Shown in pieces: positions 52,446-64,000 of a DNA stretch of 64,000 bases (position 1 is its first letter; the number at the start of each line of letters is the position of its first letter). The DNA comes from Gnetum montanum. Its lineage: Eukaryota > Plantae > Gnetophyta. Under the pieces are notes generated by a model. It made no database searches and was not told the origin of the DNA. It saw only the letters and a list, made by a program, of their open reading frames with translations. The translations under genes and the position numbers were made by a program. Location of the stretch: the NCBI GenBank assembly GCA_015680685.1, contig MNCI01000737.1:1-64000 (forward strand), given 5' to 3'.

Positions 52446-53482
52446 GTTCCAAGTTTTTGTAGTTGTAGTACTTTTCGTGTTGTGTCTTTCTTTTGTTTTC
52501 TTCCCACACTATGACATCATTTCATTTTTTCCATCTAATAATCCCATACGTATCCACTGTGTAATCACTGTAACTCGAGGATGAGTTTTTATTCAGTTAT
52601 GGGGGTATGATGGAACGCGATATCGCATGGGCCGCAATATCGCATCTCTCCCTGCGATATCGCAGCCTGCCACCAGTTCTATAAATAAGAGGCGGCTCTC
52701 CCTTGTTTCGAAAGATAGAGTAGATTGTAGCCAAACTCTGGCAGTTTGATCCCTCCAAAGATAGATTATTTTTCTCGTGTCTACCTGCAGTGTGGTGAAT
52801 GTAATTGTACGACATCCTTTNACCCAGTGGCGTACCTAGGATCTGCGCTTGGTAATCCCAGTGGTAGTCATGCACAAAGTCCAAGATGTGTACGAATAAT
52901 CAAGGAATGGATGCTCATCGCACTTAGGCTAGATTAGATTTTCTTACCCTTTCCTCCTAGCTTAGTTAATTACTACTTTTCATTACCTTTAGGAGTAGCA
53001 TTAGATTAGGAAACACATCATACATCTCACTTTGGATTAAACCATATGTGACAAAGATAATACTAGTCTAGGTGGGAAGACAACAAACTGCGACCTAAGG
53101 TTAACGATCTAGTTGCCACAACTAGTTTGTTTGCGGAGTTCGATCGGATCGTGAGTGAAAATGCTCGTATTCGTATGGTTGAGTGTAGGGGTATCTCGCC
53201 ATTCATCACTAGGGTAATTGGATTTCAACATTTAATCATAAAATATTCAGAAGATCTATGACTAAGCTCCAATAGTAGTAAAATAAAGGATACAACACTT
53301 TAACAAATACCCTATCAAGCACATTGATTCACTTATGTAGAAAACTAACAACAATAGCAGTAATAACAATTAGCTAATCTATTGAAATGCATTTGACAAC
53401 ATTAAAGTATTAATAATTAAATTTATGCAAATTTCTAGGTTGTGACACTATTTTTCAATTATTTCGGGTTTCAACACCTCCC

Positions 53483-54690
53483 CAAATCATCAATTTGGTT
53501 TTATCTATATTTACTTGAAGACTAGATGAATGCCAATAATTTTTTTAAATTTGCAACAAATTTTAGATACCATTTGTAGTAGTGGAGATCAATGTAGCAT
53601 GATTTGCATATAAAAGAAGATTCATTACTTAGGATCCAATTTTGATAGCATGACTATCTTGCATGTTGCACAACCATTCATGCATTTCATTAATAAAGAT
53701 ATCAAAGAGAATTGGAGAAAGTGGACAACCTTGTTTAACTCCAATTTTTCTTTTGAATTAAAAATTTTTCTTTGAATTGCTTTTTGTAATTTCAATAATC
53801 ACTTCTTCATACAATCTTGAGTCGCTACAATCAAATATAAAGGAAGGCCAATTTTATGCAAGCACAATCATAGTTTTGAATCAATCATTGAATCATATTC
53901 TTTTGCAAAATTAATAAAACAAATAGAAATTTTTTTATTAGGAATTTTAGCAAATTCTATGCAATGTCTAAAAGTAACTAAGTGATCAATAGTTGAGAGA
54001 TTTTATTAGAAACTTGCTTAATACCTTTCCTTGATGTGATTACTTTCAACGCAAGAACTTATTTTCTTTTTTAGCACAGTACCAAACAACTTTGCAAAAA
54101 TATTACTCACAATCGTTCCATAATTGTTTAAATTATGTTTATTCCCTTTTTGAAATAACAAGATAGCTTTACTAGTTTTCCAATATTGATTTAATTTTGC
54201 TCCATTGCTGAATTTAATTTATGCCAAATTTTTCTATGAATAGCAGATCTTGCCCACTTTAATAATTTTGCATATAAACCATTTGAATCTACAACTTTGG
54301 CATATGCTTTTTAATATCCTTTGTGGCTTCCTCAAGAGGTGTTTGCTGTATAATAGTAGTAGAATTATTATCTTCTTTTGTAAATTTACCTTGAAAAGAA
54401 AAATTAAATGATGAAGAGGCTTTATGACGAAAACATTGCGAAAAGTGTCTACATTCTTTTTTAACGATGTAAACAAAATACCAATAAATTTCCTTTTCTT
54501 GGTTCTAATCAAGCATTTACATACTTTAACTAAACTTTGTCTATCACTCTTATTTGCATTCTTAATATTCTGCCTAACCTTCACACAATCATCATCAAAA
54601 CAAATCTTACGAGCATCCTGTTTTTGTGATTACGTTCTTAATATTTTGAAGTTTAACTAATGATTAAAAACTCAAACTAGGTTTGAAATA
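53483..54690 (-). mobile_element. RTE/CR1-like LINE, RT half of ORF2; continues at 29400
   Basis: TIVSNIFAKLFGTVL, CFINFAKEYDS, GVKQGCPLSP, LQVNIDKTKLMI. Confidence 0.82.
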
Positions 54691-55279
54691 TGAGTAGGAA
54701 AAAGTCAGCAGTTTGGACGAGTCCGAAAAGGACCTCATAATACATTAAACCAATGAACATTAAGATTAAAGTAGTTAAATTTTTATAAATATTATTTTAA
54801 AAAGATTTTCTATCTGCTTTATGAAGCCAAATTTAAAGCCAAATGTAAAATACAGCTTTAGAATCAAACCAGATGTAAATAAATGCAAAAATTAAAGCCT
54901 TGGCAAAACACTACTGCAATAGAGCTGCCCAAAACCGGGGAAAGATATAAAATACAAAAAGTGAAGAGATGTGATTAATTAAAAGTAACCCTATTTATGA
55001 CAAGAAGGTCTATTATCCCTACATTTTGTGAAATGGAAAAGGACGTCCGCATGAAAGTTGTATCGGTCTGCATCTTGTGCACTGTGTGCATGGCCTGACT
55101 GAATTCCGTCGGCCCACCTGTGCTTTTGTCATGGACCGAATATGTGGCATCATTATTGTTTAAATTTTTTAGGTGGGAAGTGAGTCAGTGAGTGAGCATT
55201 AATCACATAAATCTGCAGCTCTAAAAGATGCCTTCGTTCCTGTTTGAAGTGCTAAATATGAATAAACTGCGAATTGAGT

Positions 55280-58200
55280 ATGAATGTAGAAGAATGATCA
55301 TTTGGAACATATACCCTGCAATTACAAAGCAAAAGAAGACTTGTAGATATCTTCTTTCTTTGTCCTGGACCCAGAAACATTAAGGAAACGGTGGACGAAA
55401 CTGAGGAGACTCTGACCAGTCTTTTCTTAGTGCCTTCGCTATTAAGCCAAGCACATGTTCCTTCACGCGGAGTTGCACTTTGTTGTATGCGTTCGCACGC
55501 GATGCCCATAAACTTTGAAAAAGGTTTGAGCGATATATTCGTGTTTGGTTTCGATTCTAAATTACTGACGCTTGGAGAGATGTTCTGTGCAAGATTGCAG
55601 ATATAAGCGGATACTTGAGGAACTTGATATTAAATTGTTCAATGTTTCCACCAACCTGGTTGGAAGAGAAAAGCAGTTACTCAGCATCAAGGATGATATA
55701 ATGAAACTCCGTCAAAATGGGTTTAATGTGGCATCAGTGGAAATAAGTGGTATTGGAAGCATTCAAAAAATCACCTTTGCAAAAGAACTTTATAATCAAA
55801 TTTATTCTCAGTATGATAGGAGTTGTTTTATTGAAGATGTAAGTGGACTTATAGAGAGCCATGGTATAAATGAAGTCCATAAACACATTATCATTAAGCT
55901 TTTCAAATATGATCCAAGTCACTTAAGAATGGAAGGAACCAAACTTTTAAAAGAGAGAGTGCACATTGAAGAAGTTTTAGTTGTGCTAGATAATATTGAT
56001 GGTAAAATTCCATCAAGCATGGTGTTTATTGAAGGTAATGTGTCTCTAAATTCCAGAAGTGTCATTACTGCAACAAGTAGGGAAAAGGGAGTTTTAAAGC
56101 ATGATCCTAGAATTGATAGAGAGTGTAAACATTTGATTCAACTACAAATGTGACAATTAGAATTTTATACTTCAAAAAATTTATTTTGTGAGTAGGCATT
56201 TGGAGGAATTGACAATGTCAGGAATGAATTTAATGAGTTGATAGAAAAGATTGTTTAAAAATGTGATGGGACACCATTAGCATTGACTTTGCTTGGCAGA
56301 CAAGTCTATGGGACATAGATTAAATTCTGGAAAAACTTATGGAATACTATGAAAGATTTTTTGCCTTATGATTTGAAGAAAATACAACTTAGCTATGATA
56401 ATCTTGACACAAAGCTAGAAAAATGCTTGTTCTTAGATGTTGCCATTTTTTTCCATCACAAGAAGGAAGAGATGCTCATTCAACTTTGGGGAGGTGATGA
56501 TGAAGATGGTGAATTAGAAGTTTTTTGTACTCTTGAAGTATTGTAGAGGAAGCTTTTAATTAAGGTGGAGGGTAGTATTTTAGATGTGCATGATTTGCCT
56601 ACGGACTTGGGAAGAACAATAGTTAAATATGAAGATCCTTTGTGCCCTAGCGGTCGTAGTTGGGTGTGGCAGCCTTCCGATGTTAGATATGTGTTATCTG
56701 AGGAAATGGTACGACACTATGCTTTTTATTCATATTTTTAAGATGTTTTTTCATTAAAATAATTAGGGTTTTGTTGTTCCCTCCCTTTGCAATGTAATCC
56801 TTTTTTATAAGAGGTAGTCACCCCAAAGCCTTGGTTGGGAATTTCAAGGACGGAAAAAGTAAAAGTACTTAGCTTAGTGTCAAATGGTTCAATTGTATTA
56901 GATGAAGATGAATATCCATGGTCTGCTGAAGCATTCAACAAACTGCCATCTCTCAAATTTCTCATCCTTAATGGTCATTGTATTGAAATACATGTATTTT
57001 TTTATTTCCTTATTTTTCAAACATGGTAACATTTTGATTTGATTTGTCAAAGACTTCTACATTGTTTTTTGATTTGTCAAAGACTTCTACATTGTTTTTT
57101 GATTTGTCAAAGACTTCCATATTGTTTTTCCAAAGGCAGTAATTTTTCCAGAAAGAGACTGTTATGGCTGAAATGACTAATTTTCTGTAGATCATAGCAC
57201 ACTGCCTAAAAAGTGTGAGAGTCTTACAATTGTCCGGTGAAAGGTTGACCGGTTATGGTAGTGTCCTCAGCTGGTGAGATTCAACGCTTTACCTTTTGTT
57301 AGAAAAACAAAACGTTTTAAAGTATTATTCCATCTTTGACACAAGTCAAATGCCCTTGAACAGGAGACTCCAGCAAAAATGAGGGAACTTAGTTTATCAA
57401 GTTGCAAGAACCTGCAAAGGCTTCCGGAATTCAAGGGTAGGTTTCTGCACTTATCTTGCTTAATACTTGATGGATGCGCATATTTGGACACTCTTCCAGG
57501 CAGCTTTGGCGAACTCCAAGGAATGAAACATCTTCAACTAATAAAATGCCAGGCATTGGTACGGTTGCCGGAGACCTTTGGAAAACTTGAAGGATTGAAA
57601 CATCTCCAACTTGTAAATTGCACTGCACTGGAATCGTTGCCAGAGACCTTTGGAGATCTAAGACGTTTATGTAACTTGAAGATAGAGTTATTAGGTAGAC
57701 TAAAATCATTGTCAGAGTCCTTTGGCAAATTGTCGCAATTAAGAGCATTGAAGATCAATGGCTGTGGAGCTCTGCAATGCCTTCTAGATTCTTTTGAAAA
57801 TCTGTGAAAATTAGGTTCGCTGCATCTTGAGGATTGCCGAGTCTTGAAACACCTGCCGGACTTGAGCATTGAGAAATGCACTGCTCTACCTAGACTACAT
57901 GAATCATTTGGACTTCTTTTACAGTTAAAAGAGTTGACCATCCTGAATTGCAATGCTCTACAACGACGATGTTGCGTTAATAGTCAATCATTTTTTCAGC
58001 ATAGGTGGTTTTCAGCATATGAAGAACCTGATTCTCCATCATTGTCACAGTCTCCAATAGCTGCCTGACAGCATAGACAGTCTTTCAAGTCTGATACATC
58101 TGGAGCTTAATTCATGCTTGAATCTAAAAGTGCTTCCAGCATGTATAGAAAATCTTTCACAGTCAAAAGCGTTGCGTCTCATCAGCTGCTGGAATTTACA

Positions 58201-59405
58201 GGAGTTGCCGGACACCATTGGCAACTTAAAAAATTTAGAATGGCTGTGTATTAGTGATTGCATTGTTTTGAAGGGATTCGCATCTTGGTTAGGGAGTCTT
58301 TCTAGCCTGCAATTTCTAACAGTTCCAGATTGCTGGATGGTGGAAGTCCTCCACATGCACGCATTGGTCAGTCTTGTAGGTTTTGAAGTAATTGTTTGCC
58401 TCAACATGAGGAGAATTGCTGGGCTTTCAAGCCTTCGCAAGCTTAAATACCTTAAAATTGAAAGGTGTTGGAACCTCGTAGACATCCAGCTACCTGAGAT
58501 AAACGGGTGTGCCTCCACTTTCAGCTCTTTGCGTAGTCTCCGTATCAGTGGTTTTTACCACTTACGTTCTCTTCATTACAGCATTGTGCAAAAGCTGCCT
58601 TATGAGTTAGACGATCTGGGGCTCACGCTTAACCACGACATTCTCAGCGCATCATTGGACAACGAGAACAAGGTATGATGTATATATATTTTGTTGATAT
58701 ATGTATGCAAATATAAAATTCTGGCGTGTGCATTCTTGATTTTTGTAGGAATGAATTAGATTAATTAATCTCTTTTTATCTATCTGACAAGTTGTGGCCA
58801 ATTATGTTGAGCATTTGCAGACGATGCCCGCATCTCTTTTTAAGTGGTCATTAAATGCAGAAAAGCACGAGGTTTGCATTGCTATCGAGTGGTAAATGCG
58901 AAGACGAGTCCGGCATTGTTTCCCGTAGTGGAACAAAGGGTTAAATATCTGGTCAGTACCAAATATGATTCCTCCTCTTTCACCTTCATCATTCTCTTTT
59001 CATAAATTTTCTGAGGTTAATGCCTGTTCCTTTTCATTTCCATTCAATTCCGGCAACAGAGTCCAGGTGTTTTGTTTTGTTTCAGTCGTTTGCGCTGTCG
59101 ACCTCCCAATGCACATTCCTCAGCCACAAACTTCTTTCTCTTTCTTGTTTAAAACGATCGATCGTTCCTATATCTATGGCGCTGTTGAGAGTAACTCTTC
59201 TGATTTTGGGGAAGAAATCCTCATGGGTTTTGGCAGCGGTCAACTCCCTAGGGATCGTGACTATAAGATGCACATTTGAGTTCTGAACGATACAGGTTTC
59301 GATAGAATGTCCTATCCAAGCTACGAAGCGCTTGTAAAGGAAGGAAGGACGATTCTTCTGCATGGTAGAGAAGGAGAGGAGCAAAATGAATTATTGGCAG
59401 CATAG
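55280..59405 (+). pseudogene. TNL-type NB-ARC-LRR immune receptor pseudogene with a post-LRR domain
   Basis: Degenerate P-loop GIGSIQKITFA; TIR-type RNBS-A SCFIEDVS; kinase-2 VLVVLDNID; GTPLAL; RNBS-D CLFLDVAIFF; VHDL; many LxxLPExFGxL LRRs. Introns at about 56709-56812, 56994-57190 and 58672-58820. Multiple in-frame stops (55295, 56151, 56544, 57805, 59277) and frameshifts. Confidence 0.9.
57038..57130. repeat. 30-bp tandem repeat x3 in an NLR intron
   Basis: TTGATTTGTCAAAGACTTC(T/C)A(C/T)ATTGTTTT. Confidence 0.9.
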
Positions 59406-60035
59406 AATATTTTTCATTTTTTTAATCCAAAAGTGCAATGATAATTGCATTTTGAAGGCTTTAATTAATTTATTATGAATAAAACCATTCTTTATAATAA
59501 TCTCGTAATCAACTTTCAAATTAAAATGAAAAATAGATCTACCATCCTTCCAAAAAGTATTTGTTCCAAAAAATATCTGGAAAAGCCTGATGTAAACTAT
59601 TGTTAACTTTAAGTAAATTCTCAAGATTAGAAATTAAATTCTCAAAATTCTTTTTCCTCTTTCTATTTAAACCATAGAGGCTAGAAGTTTCATTCTAAGT
59701 AATCCATCTATCATGCATACATAGACAAGAAAATATAGTAATACCAAAATTTCTCCAAGTGGTACATAATCTAGATGCATTAGTAACCCAAGCCCCTTTA
59801 TTAGATAAAAGCCACTATGGGCTAATTTGCTTAAGTATATCTTCTAAAATTGTACTATGATTGTAATTCTAATATTAAGTAAGTTTGCATTAAGTCTTCC
59901 AAATTTGTTTAAGAATTGAAGAACCATGAATAGAAATGGCCTCAGAAAAAAGAAAATACTAAAAAAGTTATTAGAAGACCTATTGTTATCATTTTAAGGT
60001 TTTTCTTACATAACTCTATTTCCTAAAAGGAGCAT

Positions 60036-62532
60036 TGATGAGTAGCGAGTAGTCCCTACGCCTAACCATACAAATCACTAGTGTTCACTAAGTGATTTGG
60101 TTGAATTCCATAGACGTTAGCTCTCTAAGTACATTGGGTCTAGGTAGTGAATCTAAAGGATGTGATTGTTGTCTTCTTAGTTTCCCTTGTGAATTGCAAA
60201 GGTATGGTTAAGTGTAACTAAGGCATATGATTTTTATCATTTTATGTTTTTTATTTAATTTTCTTAAGTGCCGAAAATAAAGTAATTAAATATTTAATTA
60301 ATCTAATAACTAACTAATGCTTAACTAATCCTAACATAAGCATCTGTTCCCACTTTCCATACACATCCTGAACACGTTGCAATGCTACTGGGTTACTAAG
60401 CATAAGTGCTACTAGGATTACCAAGCATTAACATATGCTCGAAGTGGTCATACTTATGTGTATTAATTAATTTCTTAAATGCATTATAGTAAACTTGCAT
60501 GAATAATAAATGCATGAAGTAAAAATTAAGCTAAGTTCAAGTGCTGGAAGGTTTATTAAGAAAGCTTGTCTTTATTGTCATTCACATAGAGATGTTCAAG
60601 TACATTAGTGCTTGAATAAAAATTCATACACTTCTCAACTCCTACTGTGGGCACTTAGAAAATATTCTAACTATGGGAAGACAAAATTGCAAGAGTTCAA
60701 CTATCAACTAATGATCGAATGACATAAATGTGGCTGGTGTGTGCATTCATATAGGCAACACAAGACATTACACTGATGCGTACACGTCAACATAGAAAAC
60801 CACACATTGAGAGGATTGTGTTGATGAGATCCCATTGATGTAGGTAGATGATAACTCATCATACCCCCATGGTTGAATGAAAACTTGTCCTTGGGTGAAC
60901 AAAAGGAGGAACAAGTTTCTTACAAAATTTTGGGATGGTATGGGATTATTAACTAACTAACTAGCACACAAATTGACTCAAACAAACACTAAGTACCCAA
61001 GTGTACAAATTTACAATCTTTACAAAATTTGGTATTCATGACAACAAAATTAAACACTATGACAAAAACTGACATTACAACTCTTCTAGCAGCTTGAATA
61101 TGAGGAAGAAAATCAAATGGTCCTAAGCAGTGGAGATTCTTGAGGTGCCAAAGGACCTTCTCCTACCTCTAATGCATGTAGCTGTTGTGGTTGAGGTTGT
61201 GTGGCTATAGCTATGATTGCTATTGGAAGACAGAAAATAGCTAGCAATGCTTTCATCTTCTCCTCCTTATTCCAAGAATCCTACATGGTGCATGCAACAT
61301 CACTAATGTGGACTAGTATAGAAATATCCCACGAATAAGCATTACAAGGAATAGTTCCTTCCCATTGATGAACTAGGCTATGAATTATTTGTGTTCCACA
61401 TTGAATGCCTTGACTACATTCTACAATTCTTGGTAGTCATTCATCCTTTGGGCTAGGTTCTTAGCTATTGATTGTTGATCAGTGATGCACTATTTGAGAA
61501 CATCAAGTTCAACATTTGTAGTTTCAAGTTTCTACTTTGTCTCTTTGTGATGCTTGAACTTAGCCTCATACAATAGGTACAAGCTAGCCACCTACTTCTC
61601 TACATTTGACAGTGGCCTTCTAGCAATCAACATTGCCAAGTTTGCATATCAAAGGTTAGCAAGCTCCATGTATTTTTTTGTCTCCTCAATTTGTAGCTCC
61701 TTGAGGCAGATTTTGACCTTGTTATTCATGTTTAGTCCATCAAAGATGGATTGCCACACCACCTTCTTGTTGGAGCTACTAAAAGATCTCATTCACCTTT
61801 GCTTTTGTTAGTTTACTCTCTTTTTCATTGATTTATTCTTGAAGGCCAACCTGATCTTTGTAATGGTTCTTGACCCATTTGAATTTAAGGGCCTCATTCT
61901 TCTAAGTGGCGATCTTGATTGCAAATTTCTGATGAAGGGCATGGACTTCCTTCATTGAGAGATTATGGTTTTCTACTACCAACCTCCTCAAATCCATGGT
62001 CACCTTGGCAAACTACTCATGTTTTTTTCTCATGTATTCAACCATTTTTTCTTTTCGAAGCTCAACATTATGTAGGTAATGATTGTCCTTGATCAAGATT
62101 GCATTCTCTCGATGAACCTCTAACAAGTCCTTCTAAATGTTATAGACAGTGGCATCCACTAAGCAAGTTGCTGACTCCTTGGCATACTCAGCCTCTTGAA
62201 GTTTGGATTGAAGCTGCTGAAAGGCTTCATCCCTTGTTATAGCTTGGTTGAGTACTACGGGTTTAGTGAGGCAAGCTCTAAGTTCTACAACTTCTGCTAC
62301 CAAGCACTGATTTTCAGCTTTGGCTATTTCAAGTTGATTCTCTATAATGATGCACTTGCCCTTGCCTCCAACAACATCAACTAGAAAATAATGATGTCAT
62401 TCAAAAGGTCAAAGACCTTTGAAATTAGTTGCTAGGTTTTCACTAGTCATTCTAGCAACTTCTCATGTTGGGCTACGTTGAATCTTCCATTGGCGATTCT
62501 TGTGGATATATGCACATCTTTGAGTGCAATAC
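60036..62532 (-). mobile_element. Older Athila-like element, 3' part (LTR 60036-60861, PPT, accessory-ORF coiled-coil remnant), interrupted at 62533
   Basis: TGATGAG...CTCATCA LTR; PPT CATGGGGGTA; remnant YMELANL*YANLAMLIA homologous to copies A and B. Confidence 0.82.
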
Positions 62533-64000
62533 TGATGAGTGGCAAGATACCCCTACACTCAACCATATGAATATGAATACAAGCGTAGCATGTGAGATCC
62601 GGTCGAACTACGCAAACTAAGTACCTACACGGCCCATGGAACACTTAGGGTTAATTATTCGTTGTCTTTCTAGACTTACTTGTAGTTGTCACGGTGTATG
62701 GTTAAGTAAGTCCGAGGTATATGATTTTTATGCTTTTTATGTTTTATGTCTCCTATGCTAACAAGGTGAAGGGTTAAGAAACTAATTACTAACTCTAACT
62801 AATGAACTAAGTCTAAATTACCTAGCGTCAGCATTCGTTCCCACTTACCGTACACACCCTGAACTGATGCAACTGTGGTTACCAAATGCTAATCGTTACT
62901 AGGATCACCATGCGTAACACACGTGCTCGAAGTGGTCGTATTGAGGCACTTAACTAGGAGGAAAGGGTTGAGAGAATCTAATCGAGCCTAAGCGCGATGA
63001 GCATCCATTCCTTGATCATCCGTACACATCCTTAAATGCTCGTAATCAAGTCGTACTCATTCCGCGTTACTAGGAGATAAGGGTGAGAGAGAAAACAATA
63101 AATAACATGTAATAAATAACAATAATAAAATCATATTCCATGCACTGCAAGGTTTATCCAAGAAGCTCATCTTTATTGTCATACATAATTTGTGTTTAAG
63201 TACAATGTTGCTCGAATAAAGATCTGTTCACTTTAGGACTCCTACTGCAAGCACATGGAAAATATTCTATCTCTAGAGTGAGCAATCTGCCAGAGCTTTT
63301 ATACTGTTTAGCCTAGGATGATGAAATAAGGGAGAGTCGCCTCTTATTTANTTGTTTAGCCTAGGATGATGAAATAAGGGAGAGTCGCCTCTTATTTATA
63401 GATATGACGGGGCACCACGATATTGCGTACGCGATATCGCAAGGGAAGATGCAATATCGCATACGCGATATCACGAGGGATGCGATATCGCGTACGCGAT
63501 ATTACGTCCCATCATACGCCCATGACTAAATGAAAACTCATCCTCGAGTTCATTACAATAATGTCGGGAAGGTATGGGATTATTAACTCAAATGGATCTA
63601 ATGGGATGACATGTGAATGAATCATCATTACAAGACACAACAGACTAGTGTTCATGATAACAAGGGTGAACACCTTATTACATTGACATCAGGCTTTAGT
63701 TGGCAACTGAGAAAAAAGAGAAGAGAGAAGAGGATAGAAGAAGAGAGAAGAAGTCTTGCTGCTGTCAACCCCAAGATTGCGCCTTTCGTTGTCCATCCGT
63801 AAGTGCATCATCGATCTCGTTTCTTGCAAAGCTGCTTCAGTACCGCTCCATTCCAAGTGCTCCTTCTAGATCCAATCCATTGTTACATGACCACCATCTA
63901 CACACACAACACAGTCTTCTATTAGCAAGGGTAGATGAACTTCAATGTGGGTAATACCTTGCTTTGGTGTAAGTCCATTGGCTGGGTTATGGTATGGTAG
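62533..64000 (-). mobile_element. Athila-like element 3' end (LTR 62533-63514 plus PPT), nested in the previous element, continuing beyond the window
   Basis: TGATGAGTGG...CCCATCA; PPT CATGGGCGTA preceded by the conserved GAGTTTTCATT; CG-palindrome array at 63415-63510. Confidence 0.85.
63767..63897 (-). pseudogene. SAM-domain-like exon remnant inside the retroelement 3' region
   Basis: WSCNNGLDLEGALGMERY*SSFARNEID...(frameshift)...RNLGV fits SAM spacing WS-x10-LG(L/M)xxY-xxxF-xxNEID...LG(I/V); preceded by an AG acceptor. Confidence 0.45.

Larger units (their letters stand above)
45266..53208 (+). mobile_element. Athila-like Ty3/gypsy element, complete but pol-less (copy B)
   Basis: LTRs 45266-46127 and 52608-53208 (N gap at 52821); flanking direct repeat CTAGGG; tRNA-Asp PBS TGGTGCCGTTGCCGGGGA at 46129; PPT TATGGGGGTA; same layout as copy A. 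Confidence 0.93.
29511..53447. mobile_element. Tekay/Del-like Ty3/gypsy solo LTR (~2.4 kb in three pieces: 29511-30478, 44038-45265, 53215-53447) hosting nested elements
   Basis: Termini TGTAGCACCC...GGTTGTGACA; near-TSD CTATG/CTATT; the GTCTTGG(A/C)AATA..CTCA.TACTA.CATC repeat occurs on both sides of the nested copia (30277, 30441, 44055); no coding content. Confidence 0.7.

Noticed and set aside
46490-52821. Apparent deletions in copy B gag (46490) and 3' LTR (52821)
   Set aside because: Both coincide with single N characters, so they are gaps rather than demonstrated deletions.
57038-57130. 30-bp repeats resembling a CRISPR array
   Set aside because: Head-to-tail with no spacers, in a eukaryotic intron.
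63305-63398. 46-bp tandem duplication in an LTR
   Set aside because: Joined by an N at 63351; assembly artefact likely.

Overview
Land-plant nuclear DNA: AT-rich, CpG/CHG-depleted and dominated by retroelements. The species cannot be identified from the sequence alone. (1) 1-25.2 kb holds the first 11 coding exons of an intact-looking GCN2 (eIF2-alpha kinase) gene on the minus strand, which continues beyond base 1. Its introns contain two copia elements, three L1-type LINE copies and tRNA-derived SINEs. (2) 25.7-54.7 kb holds a solo LTR, a SINE cluster and a five-level nest: RTE/CR1-like LINE > SINE > Tekay-like solo LTR > copia > Athila-like element, with a second Athila-like element in the same solo LTR. 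(3) 55.3-59.4 kb is a TNL-type NLR pseudogene with a short divergent N-terminus. (4) 60-64 kb holds two more nested Athila-like ends, one carrying a SAM-domain-like remnant. The most unusual signals are: L1 LINEs with an extra transposon-associated domain plus coiled coil where RNase H usually sits; a pol-less Athila-like lineage that keeps gag plus an accessory ORF of the same architecture; and arrays of CG-rich palindromes just upstream of TATA boxes in both the LTR and an internal promoter of that accessory ORF. Together these suggest a possible TE-encoded protein/binding-array module, which is a hypothesis. Exon and element boundaries were read by hand, and no database search was run.
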